From Spirochaetia bacterium (GTDB taxonomy: Bacteria; Spirochaetota; Spirochaetia; SZUA-6; Bin103): a stretch of DNA of 64,000 bases. This document shows, piece after piece, positions 48,076 to 56,362 of this stretch. A program made the translations under genes and the position numbers. The stretch spans positions 113,594-177,593 of the forward strand of contig CBDATQ010000003.1 of assembly GCA_965199955.1 (NCBI GenBank), read 5' to 3'. The notes under the pieces were generated by a model. It had not been told where the DNA came from. It worked only from the letters and a program-made list of their open reading frames with translations, and searched no databases. Every line of letters begins with the position of its first letter. The first letter of the stretch is position 1.

Positions 48076-49713
48076 ATGAAACACCCACGTTTCGTTCGCA
48101 ACATCGTCGCCGGCGTGGCGGCGATGATCGCCGCCGCATCCCTGGTCGGATGCATGGAATTCATGGAGATGGCGGCCCTGGCTGCCACGGAGCCGGCTGC
48201 CACGGAACCGGTGGTGGTGCAGCCGGCTCCGGTCCAGAGCCCGCCGCGCTCCGCCACCACGTCGGTGACGGTGCGGGTGGCCGGGCCGCTGACCGTCGCC
48301 TCGGCGAAGGGCAGCCACGAAGACATCGCGTCGGTGACCATCAGCGTGGCCGGCAACGACGCCGACGGAAACCACCAGGACCCGCTGGCCACGGCCACGC
48401 TCGTGCGCTCGCCGGCCGGCGTCTGGACCGGAACGCTCTCCGGGCTCACCATGAACACCGAGCTGACCTTCACCGCCAAGGCGCTCGACGGCGATGGAAC
48501 GGTGATCTTCGAGGGTACTCACAAGGCAACGCTCACCGACGTCGGCGCGCAGATCACGATCCGGCTGAGTGCGGTCGACGATAATCAGGCGAACCGCATC
48601 CCGAAGGTCACCGGCATCAGCATCAGCAACGTCTCCACCGGCATTCCGGCCGACGTGAGCATCACCGTGGCAGGGACGGGTTCGGAGGATCTCGCCTACG
48701 AGTTCAGCGGCGGTACGTTCGATCCGCCGTCGGGCACCGTCACCCTTGCATCCGGCGCGGGGACCATCAACAGCACCTACCAGCCGCCGGACATCGTCGG
48801 CTGGTACACCGTGCAGGTCGCCCTGAGCAACGCGCAGGGCAACCGGGTCGAGGTGGACTTCCAGATCAGGGTACAGACCTCCGGTCTGGCGGCGCGGCTG
48901 GGACCGGTCGTGCGCGGCATCTCCGGCAAGCGCACTCCCGCGGGCATCCGTTGGACGGCCGCCGTCTCCGCTGCCGACGAGGACACCGGGCTGACCTATG
49001 CCTGGACGTTCGTCAAGAGCGACGACAGTACCGGGACATTCACGGACGCGGCAGCCAATCCGACAATCATGACCGGCTACGGGCAGACGACCGCCGGCAC
49101 CCTGTCGGTCACCGTCACCGATTCGGAGGGCCTGCAGACCAGCGCCAGCCACGCGGTAGCCGCCGGCATGTTCCCGGCTCTCCCGCTCATGCCGCAGGCG
49201 GCGGCGCTGCTGGTCAACGAGATCGACTACGATCAGGCCGGCAGCACGGACACCGCCGAGTTCATCGAGATCCTGAACCCCGGCACGGCGACGGTCGATC
49301 TTGCCGGCTACCGCTTCGAGCTGGTGGACGGCGCCGACGACGAGCCGTATCAGTCCGTGGACGGCAACGGGCAGCTCGCCGGCCGCGCCTTTCTGGTGCT
49401 GGCGAAACAGGCGGTGATCGACACCCCTGACTTCCTGCCGGCCGGAACGCTCACGCTCGCCCTGACCGGCAACAGCGTCACGAACGGCCCGGACGGCGTG
49501 CGCATCGTGCGGCAGGCGGACGGCCGCGTGGTGGATGCCGTCCATTACGAGGGCGTCGTTCCGGGCGCCGGCGAAGGCTCGCCAGCGCCGCAGGATCCCG
49601 CCACCGCGACGACCTCCATCGGCAGGTGTCCGGCCGGGTTCGACAGCGACGACAACGGCCTGGACTTCCGCGCGATGACGGCGACACCCGGCGCCGCCAA
49701 CTCCTGCTCGTAG
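48076..49713 (+). CDS. Lipoprotein with Ig/PKD-like beta domains and C-terminal lamin tail domain
   Basis: Lipobox SLVGC; Thr-rich beta repeats (LTYAWTF, VTVTDSEG); C-terminal VNEIDYDQAG..AEFIEI. Confidence 0.85.
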   Translation: MKHPRFVRNIVAGVAAMIAAASLVGCMEFMEMAALAATEPAATEPVVVQPAPVQSPPRSATTSVTVRVAGPLTVASAKGSHEDIASVTISVAGNDADGNHQDPLATATLVRSPAGVWTGTLSGLTMNTELTFTAKALDGDGTVIFEGTHKATLTDVGAQITIRLSAVDDNQANRIPKVTGISISNVSTGIPADVSITVAGTGSEDLAYEFSGGTFDPPSGTVTLASGAGTINSTYQPPDIVGWYTVQVALSNAQGNRVEVDFQIRVQTSGLAARLGPVVRGISGKRTPAGIRWTAAVSAADEDTGLTYAWTFVKSDDSTGTFTDAAANPTIMTGYGQTTAGTLSVTVTDSEGLQTSASHAVAAGMFPALPLMPQAAALLVNEIDYDQAGSTDTAEFIEILNPGTATVDLAGYRFELVDGADDEPYQSVDGNGQLAGRAFLVLAKQAVIDTPDFLPAGTLTLALTGNSVTNGPDGVRIVRQADGRVVDAVHYEGVVPGAGEGSPAPQDPATATTSIGRCPAGFDSDDNGLDFRAMTATPGAANSCS

Positions 49714-49839
49714 CTTTTCTCGCGAACCGTTACCCCGCGCGCGGCGCCATCCGCACGGCGCCGCGTGCGGGTCTTGGCGGTCAGAGCATCTCGCCATGCG
49801 CAGCGGGTTCGAAGTCGAATACCGCATGGCCGCGAGGCG

Positions 49840-50159
49840 GCGGCTCCGCTGGATGCCGCTGACGAAGACGCCGTCGATGCGGCGATCCTGCGGCGCATCA
49901 GGATTGCGTGCCGGACGACGTGGTCAGACGTTTGGCGGCCGGCGAGAACGCGGTGCGCGTCTGGCGTGAGCATCGCGGATTGAAAGCGTGCGACCTCGCT
50001 GCCGCGGCCGGGATCGGAAGATCCTATCTCTCGGCCATCGAGACCGGCAGGAAGCCAGGTTCGATCAAGGCCCTGCACGGCATTGCCGAGGCGCTCGGCG
50101 TGACCATCGACGACCTGCTGGAGCCGGCATGCACAGGAGGCGCCGACACGGCACAATGA
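49840..50159 (+). pseudogene. XRE-family HTH regulator/antitoxin with degraded 5' end
   Basis: GENAVRVWREHRGL...LA..AGI.RSYLSAIETG (49908-50159). The EDAVDAAI N-terminal-like segment is in another frame. Confidence 0.7.
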
Positions 50160-50166
50160 CGGAGCC

Positions 50167-51156
50167 ATGCGCATCTACATCAGCCGCCAATTGCAGAACC
50201 CGGAGTTCTCCTCCGATGCCCGCCGGGCGGGCATCGCCCGCCTGGGCGAGCTTGCGGACGTGGAGGAGCTGCCCGCCCCGCTGACCCCCGAGCACGCGCC
50301 CGGACTGGTCGCCGTGATCGCCGACGGCACCTTCTTCTCCGACGACTTCTACGCCGCTGCCGGCGACCTTCGGGTCGTGGCGCGCTGGGGCGTCGGCTTC
50401 GACCAGGTCAACTTGGCCGGCGCCACCCGCTGCGGCGTGCCGGTCACCGTCACCCCCGTGCACATGGATACCGTGGCCGAGTACACGATCGCGCAGTGGA
50501 TGGCCACCATGAAGCGCACCTACACCTTCAACCGGATGGCTCATTCCGGCGACTCGCGGGTGATCCGCTGCTTCGACGTACAGGGCTCCTGCCTCGGGCT
50601 CTACGGGTTCGGGCGCATCGGTCAGGAGGTGGCGAAGCGGGCCGTCCCGCTGCTGGGCGAGCGCGGCCGGCTGCTGGTGTACGACATCCGCGACGACATC
50701 GCAGAGCTCGCCGCCCGCTTCGGCGCCGAGGCGGTGGCGGAGCCGGAGGAGCTGTTCCGCCGCTGCGACACCGTGTGCGTGCACGTCTCCGGGGCCGACC
50801 CGGTGGTAGGCTACAAGCAGCTCGCCCTCATGCAGCCGCACGCGTCCGTGATCAATCCATCCCGCGGGACGCTGGTGGACGACGACGGGGCGCACCGCGC
50901 CGTCGAGGAGGGAAAGATCTTCTACTACGTGGTCGACGACCCCGTAGACGGCCCGCGCGCCATCCACCGCGACCACCCGCGCATCATCGCCACCAACCAC
51001 TCGGGCGGCATCACCGTGGAGTCCTCCGCGCGCCTGGATGCCAAGACCTTCGAGCAGGTGACCGACGCCGTGCGCGGACGCCAGCCCGACCACGTGCTCA
51101 ACCCGGACGCGCTCGACCACCCGCGCGTGCGCGCGTGGCTGCGGGAGCGGCGCTGA
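50167..51156 (+). CDS. D-isomer-specific 2-hydroxyacid dehydrogenase family protein
   Basis: ARWGVGFD, TVAEY, GFGRIG, INPSRG..VD, TNHSGG. Confidence 0.9.
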   Translation: MRIYISRQLQNPEFSSDARRAGIARLGELADVEELPAPLTPEHAPGLVAVIADGTFFSDDFYAAAGDLRVVARWGVGFDQVNLAGATRCGVPVTVTPVHMDTVAEYTIAQWMATMKRTYTFNRMAHSGDSRVIRCFDVQGSCLGLYGFGRIGQEVAKRAVPLLGERGRLLVYDIRDDIAELAARFGAEAVAEPEELFRRCDTVCVHVSGADPVVGYKQLALMQPHASVINPSRGTLVDDDGAHRAVEEGKIFYYVVDDPVDGPRAIHRDHPRIIATNHSGGITVESSARLDAKTFEQVTDAVRGRQPDHVLNPDALDHPRVRAWLRERR

Positions 51157-51165
51157 GGCCGGCCG

Positions 51166-52794
51166 CTACTCCGCCGGGACGACGGCCGGCAGATAGATCC
51201 GGTTGTCGTGAACGGACGCCACCGCAGGATCGTCCCGGAGCCGGGCCTTGGCCAGCTCGCGGTCCTCACCGTCGTCCAGCCGCAGCAGCGAATAGCCGCC
51301 GCCAGCCGTGTCGCCATCGCGGAGGCGCACGATCAAGCTGTGTGGATCGACGCCTGGTGCCGATGCGCCCCGAGGAGTGGCACGGGGATCGCGGAAGCGT
51401 CCGTCGGAGCGCAGATGGCGTCCGTAGGAGCCGAACAGGGCGAACGCGTCCAGCAGACCGGCGCCCGGCAGTCCGTCCCCGGCACGCGCGAGCATCGCCC
51501 GCACGTCGCTCAGGGTGAGGGAGGGGGCGACGCCGGCCAGCAGGGCCAGGACGCCGCTCACGTGTGCGGCCGCGATCGACGTCCCATGGTCCACTGTGAC
51601 CATCCACGGCACCGCGCCGGGGCTGGCTGCGCCCAGCGTCGGCACCCCCGCCCGGCTGTCGCCGCCGGGCGCGATGACGTCGGTCTCCGGGCCGGAGTTG
51701 GACGTAGGCGCGAGCGACCCGTCGATCCCCGAGGCCGCCACCGCCACGGTGTAGCGGGAGTTGGCCGGGGCGCGCACCGCGGAACCGTGGTTGCCCGCGG
51801 CGCTCACCACGATGGCGCCCGCTTCGGTGACGCGGCGCAGGACCTCCTCCAGGATCTCGTCGGGAGGCCCCGGCAGGGAGTCCGCGAAGCTGAGATTGAT
51901 GATTTCCGCCGGCCGGCCCGGGGAGCGGCCGGAGTCGTTCTCCAGCCCGGCGGCGTACAGCAGGCCCTGTGCCACGTCGTAGCTCGTCGCGCCACGGGGC
52001 GCCACCACGCGCACCGGCATGATCGTCACCCGCGAGCGGCCCCACGGCCACCCCATGCCGGCCAGGCCCATACCGTTGTCGGTCTGCGCGGCGATGACGC
52101 CGGCCATCGCCGTCCCGTGCCAGGGGCCCCCGGTTGCGGGATCCGTGGCGTCGGGATCGATGCCGTCGCCGTCGGCGCCGGCCTCCGGGTCACGAATGAA
52201 GTCGTAGCCGGCCGTGGTATCCAGATTGGGCAGCAGCTCCGGGTGCGGGACGTATCCGGTGTCCAGCACCGCCACCATCACGGGCTCCGGCTCCGGCAGC
52301 ACGTGCGCCGCGAGCGCCTGCCACACCTCCGGCAGCCGCATCCGGCGCAGCGGCCACTGGCCGTCGCTCGAACCCCCGCATCCGACGGCGGCCGCTCCGG
52401 CGGGATAACACGGATCGCCGGGAACCGGCGACCGTCCCGGCAGCGCCGCGACGACTGCCGTGGCGGACGCGTGCAGGTCGAACCCGGCCACGCCCGAGGT
52501 GCGCACACGGACGGTCAGGGTGTGGCGTCCGGGAGCAAGCGGACGCGGCGGCCGGTAGGACGTGGCATACGGATCAAGGCGCCGATACGGCCCACCGTTC
52601 AGGGACACCTCGACGGCGGCCACCGTCGGGGCGCTGCCGCTCCACTCCCAGAGGGGCGGGTTTGCGTAGTCGCCCAGCAGCACGGATCGATGCACGGACG
52701 CGCTCAGCATCGCCGGCTCCTCGCACGACGCGAGCAGCACGGCGATGACGGTACCGGCAAGCACGGCCGGAACCCGGGACACGACGGCGGTCAA
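51166..52794 (-). CDS. S8 (subtilisin-like) serine peptidase, probable lipoprotein
   Basis: Triad VLDTG / WHGT / GTSIAAAHV; oxyanion AAGN; lipobox-like LLASC. Start uncertain (ORF open to 52932). Confidence 0.88.
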   Translation of the reverse strand: MTAVVSRVPAVLAGTVIAVLLASCEEPAMLSASVHRSVLLGDYANPPLWEWSGSAPTVAAVEVSLNGGPYRRLDPYATSYRPPRPLAPGRHTLTVRVRTSGVAGFDLHASATAVVAALPGRSPVPGDPCYPAGAAAVGCGGSSDGQWPLRRMRLPEVWQALAAHVLPEPEPVMVAVLDTGYVPHPELLPNLDTTAGYDFIRDPEAGADGDGIDPDATDPATGGPWHGTAMAGVIAAQTDNGMGLAGMGWPWGRSRVTIMPVRVVAPRGATSYDVAQGLLYAAGLENDSGRSPGRPAEIINLSFADSLPGPPDEILEEVLRRVTEAGAIVVSAAGNHGSAVRAPANSRYTVAVAASGIDGSLAPTSNSGPETDVIAPGGDSRAGVPTLGAASPGAVPWMVTVDHGTSIAAAHVSGVLALLAGVAPSLTLSDVRAMLARAGDGLPGAGLLDAFALFGSYGRHLRSDGRFRDPRATPRGASAPGVDPHSLIVRLRDGDTAGGGYSLLRLDDGEDRELAKARLRDDPAVASVHDNRIYLPAVVPAE

Positions 52795-53124
52795 AGGGAT
52801 GGAAAGCCGACCACGCGCTCGCAGCAGGTCGTGAAGCCTCCCGCCCGGGAGTGAGGAGGCCCTTCCGGGAAGGGCCATGACGCTCACCATGGGACGCGCC
52901 CCCGGCGCTTGAACCGGGACATCACCGTGCATGACAGGTCCATCTTATACGCGTTGATGGTCGTTTACGTATCGTTTCGGGTCTTGTCGGGACCCGGTCC
53001 TGCGAAGGCCGGCCCGTCCATTGATTGCCATCGATCCACTACCATCATGGAGGTACCGTGAGCCGACCACCGAGCGCCCGCCGCCCGGCCGTGCCGGGGA
53101 TCGTCAGCGGGACGCTGCGGACCG

Positions 53125-53700
53125 ATGGCGCCGGGTCGGGCTGACCGCAGCGGCCTGCGCAAGCGGGCGCGCCGCATCCGGGACGCGGTCCCGCCGGAGG
53201 ACCGCGCGCGGCTGAGCGCTCGCATCTGCGGCCGCGCGCGGACCCTGCTGACCGCGGCCGGCGCGCACACCGTGATGGTCTACGTGAGCTTCCGCAGCGA
53301 GGTGGAGACCGCCGGTCTGATCGACGAGTTGCGCCGCACGCACCGGATGGCCGCACCGCGGGTCGCGGACGCCGGGTGCATGGATGCGATGCTCCTGGCC
53401 GGCACGCCGCTGGTGCGCGGCCGCCTGGGCATCCTGGAGCCGCCGGCCACGGCCGCGGTGGCGGAGCCGGCGTCGATCGACGCGATGCTGGTGCCGGGGC
53501 TCGCCTTCGATCCGGCCGGCTATCGGCTGGGCTACGGCGGCGGCTACTACGACCGCTTCCTGGTCGGCTGCACGCGGGCGCTCCGCATCGGCCTGGCATT
53601 CGAGGCGCAGATCGTCGATTCGGTGCTGCCGCACGCCCACGACCAGCCGCTGCACCACATCGTGACCGAGCGGCGGGTGATCGACGCGGTGCGCCGGTGA
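53125..53700 (+). CDS. ygfA: 5-formyltetrahydrofolate cyclo-ligase
   Basis: SEV.T, GILEP, VPGLAFD..GYRLGYGGGYYDRFL, HD. Confidence 0.95.
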   Translation: MAPGRADRSGLRKRARRIRDAVPPEDRARLSARICGRARTLLTAAGAHTVMVYVSFRSEVETAGLIDELRRTHRMAAPRVADAGCMDAMLLAGTPLVRGRLGILEPPATAAVAEPASIDAMLVPGLAFDPAGYRLGYGGGYYDRFLVGCTRALRIGLAFEAQIVDSVLPHAHDQPLHHIVTERRVIDAVRR

Positions 53701-54092
53701 GCGGGTTGCTGCGCGACGGCCTGCTCGTCGGCCTGGGCGGTTTTTTCGGCGCCGTGGCGCGCTTCCTGGTGACCGGCTGGCTGCAGGCGCGCGACGACTC
53801 GTTTCCGTACGGCACCCTGGCGGTCAACGTCGCCGGCTCGCTGGCGCTCGCCTTTCTGGCCACCATGCTGTCGGAGCGGGCGCTTCCCGGCAGCGCGTTC
53901 CGGCTGATCGCGATGGTGGGGTTCCTGGGCGCCTTCACCACCTTCTCGGCCTTCAGCTACGAGTCGGCGCTGCTGTGGAGCAGCGGCCGCTGGCTGGCCC
54001 TGGCCGGCAACGTCGCCCTGAACGTCGGCACCTGCCTGCTGGCGACCGCGGCCGGCATCGCCCTGGCGCGGCAGGCCGCCGGCGGGCCGTAA
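53697..54092 (+). CDS. crcB: Fluoride efflux channel
   Basis: GGFFGAVARF, PYGTLAVN, GFLGAFTTFSAF. Confidence 0.95.
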   Translation: MSGLLRDGLLVGLGGFFGAVARFLVTGWLQARDDSFPYGTLAVNVAGSLALAFLATMLSERALPGSAFRLIAMVGFLGAFTTFSAFSYESALLWSSGRWLALAGNVALNVGTCLLATAAGIALARQAAGGP

Positions 54093-54118
54093 GCGGGGCG
54101 CCGGCCTCTTCCCGGACC

Positions 54119-55345
54119 TCAGGCCCGCAGCAGGCGCGCGACCTGGCCGAGGGTGCCCTTCGTGCCGGTGAGCAGGATCCCGAGCCGGAACACCTTGGCG
54201 GCGGCCCACACGGCGCCCACCGTCGTCAGCGCCATGCCGGCCACCGACACGGTTACCTGCAGCGCGCCCGGCTCGCCGACCAGCACCCGCATGAACATCA
54301 CCACCGGCGCCGTCACCGGGATCAGCGACAGCACGACCGCGACGGTCCCGTCGGGACTGATCAGCACCGACGGCATCACCAGCATCGGCACCACCAGCGC
54401 CACCATCACCGGCCACAGGAGCTGCCCGAGATTCTGCTCGTCGGCGGCGATCGCGCCAGCCATCGCGAAGGCGGCCGAGTACAGCAGGAACCCCAGCGCG
54501 AAGAACACAAGCAGCTTCAGCAGGTTGCCGGGCTGCACGACCGGGGGAACCGACACGCCCACGAGCGGCCCGATCACCTCGATCACCAGCAGGGCGATGA
54601 GCATCCAGGCCAGGTATTGCAGCACGCCCGCCGCCCCCCGTCCCGCCAGCTTGCCGGCCAGCAGCGCGAAGGGATGCAGCGAGGACAGCATGATCTCCGC
54701 GGTCTTGCCGGTCTTCTCGGTGAGCACCGCGCGGCTGATCGACTGGCCGTACAGGATGAGCATCATGTAGAGCAGTCCCACGAACGCCGTCACCACCAGG
54801 AACGACTCCTCCAGGTCCTGCTCGACCGCCCCCTCCTCGTCCAGCAGCCGCGCCTGCAGGCGCGGCTGGCGCGTCAGGGCGGTGACGCGCTCCGCGTCCA
54901 GCCCGGCGCGCTGCAGGCGGCCTTGCACGACCGCGCGGCCGATCACGCCATCCACCAGCGCGCGCAGGGCGACGTCCACCGCCTCGTCGCTGAAGTAGCG
55001 GGGAGCCTCCTCGCCGAGCGGGTCGGACGGGAACATCACGTAGCCGTCCAGGTCGCCATCACGCACGCGGTCGGCCAGCGGCTCCGCCTCGCCTGCTTCC
55101 TCCACGGCGATGCCGACCGCGGCCAGCTCGTCCCGGATCGGCGGCAGCAGATCGCCCGCGCCGACCAGGGCCAGTGTCCGCCCCTGCAGCGCGGAGACGT
55201 CGTCGGCCGCATTCCGGGCCAGCACCGACGGCAGCGCGAACAGGGCGGCGATGATGAAGGGGCCGGTGAGCGTGGTGATCAGGAACCCCTTGGTCACGGC
55301 CGTCATGCGCAGCTCCTTGCAACAGACCAGCCACAGTTTCCTCAC
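54119..55345 (-). CDS. ABC-2 type transporter permease (NatB/YhaP-like)
   Basis: TKGFLITT, EKTGKTAEIMLSS, GKLAG, LSLIP.TAP..M. Confidence 0.9.
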   Translation of the reverse strand: MRKLWLVCCKELRMTAVTKGFLITTLTGPFIIAALFALPSVLARNAADDVSALQGRTLALVGAGDLLPPIRDELAAVGIAVEEAGEAEPLADRVRDGDLDGYVMFPSDPLGEEAPRYFSDEAVDVALRALVDGVIGRAVVQGRLQRAGLDAERVTALTRQPRLQARLLDEEGAVEQDLEESFLVVTAFVGLLYMMLILYGQSISRAVLTEKTGKTAEIMLSSLHPFALLAGKLAGRGAAGVLQYLAWMLIALLVIEVIGPLVGVSVPPVVQPGNLLKLLVFFALGFLLYSAAFAMAGAIAADEQNLGQLLWPVMVALVVPMLVMPSVLISPDGTVAVVLSLIPVTAPVVMFMRVLVGEPGALQVTVSVAGMALTTVGAVWAAAKVFRLGILLTGTKGTLGQVARLLRA

Positions 55346-56229
55346 CGCTGCACGCGCTCCACGAAAATTCGGTGCAGCGAGGGGGCGACCACCTCGAAGC
55401 GGCGCACGCGCACGCGGTCGACCAGGAGCTTCAGGATCTGCTCCGGCGCGACCCCTTCGGCCGGCTGGATCTCGACGTAGTTCGGATAGCCGGTCAAGCC
55501 GGCCACCAGCGGGTCGCCGCGCAGGAAACCGGCGTCGCCGTCCAGCTCCACCTGGATGCTGCCGGTGCCGAAGCGGTCCTTGACCTCGCTCAGCCGGCCC
55601 TCCACCGCGGTCCTGCCGCGGTCGATGATGTGCACGCGCTCGCAGATCCGCTCCGCCTGGTCCATCAGGTGGGTGGAGAACAGCACGGTCTTGCCGGCCC
55701 GCGCCAGCTCCATCAGCGCGCCGCGCAGCACGTCGGTGGACACCGGGTCGATGCCCGAGAACGGCTCGTCGAAGAAGACGATCGCAGGGTCGTGGACGAC
55801 CGCGGCGATGAACTGCACCTTCTGCGCCATCCCCTTGGAGAGCTGCTCGACCCGCCGGTCGCGCCAGCCGGCCAGCTCGAACCGCTCCAGCCACGCGGCG
55901 ATCGCCGCCGCCGAGCGCGCCGCCGGCACGCCCTTGAGCGCCGCCAGGTAGGTCAGCACCTCCCGCACCGTCTGCCGCTGGTACAGGCCGCGCTCCTCCG
56001 GCAGGTAGCCGATGCGCTCCTTGTCCGCCTCCGCCAGCGGCCGGCCGTCGAACAGCACCCGGCCCGCGTCCGGGGCCAGGATGTTCATGATCATGCGGAT
56101 GATCGTGCTCTTGCCGGCGCCGTTGGGGCCCAGCAGCCCGAAGATCTCGCCCGGCTGCGCCCGGAACGAGACCCCGTCCACGGCCAGGTGATCGCCGTAG
56201 CGCTTCACGACCTCGTGAACCTCGATCAT
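55342..56229 (-). CDS. ABC transporter ATP-binding protein
   Basis: GPNGAGKST, GYLPEERGLY, LSKGMAQK, DEPFSG.DP, FSTH. Confidence 0.95.
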   Translation of the reverse strand: MIEVHEVVKRYGDHLAVDGVSFRAQPGEIFGLLGPNGAGKSTIIRMIMNILAPDAGRVLFDGRPLAEADKERIGYLPEERGLYQRQTVREVLTYLAALKGVPAARSAAAIAAWLERFELAGWRDRRVEQLSKGMAQKVQFIAAVVHDPAIVFFDEPFSGIDPVSTDVLRGALMELARAGKTVLFSTHLMDQAERICERVHIIDRGRTAVEGRLSEVKDRFGTGSIQVELDGDAGFLRGDPLVAGLTGYPNYVEIQPAEGVAPEQILKLLVDRVRVRRFEVVAPSLHRIFVERVQR

Positions 56230-56362
56230 GCGTTCGGCACTCAAAGGTGCGGCCAGCGACCGGGATTCGACAAGCGATCGTGCCGCGTGGCCATGATCGA
56301 CCACGAGCGGCGTCTGCCGTAGTTACGCATCGGGCTTCGTCCGGCTACGATCGGGCAACGAC

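Noticed and set aside
52940..53125. Fluoride riboswitch for the ygfA-crcB operon
   Set aside because: No GGxGAUG..GUUC.CC / GCUGAUG pattern seen.
56230..56362. T-box leader upstream of valS
   Set aside because: Short divergent spacer with no GGTGGxACC T-box sequence.
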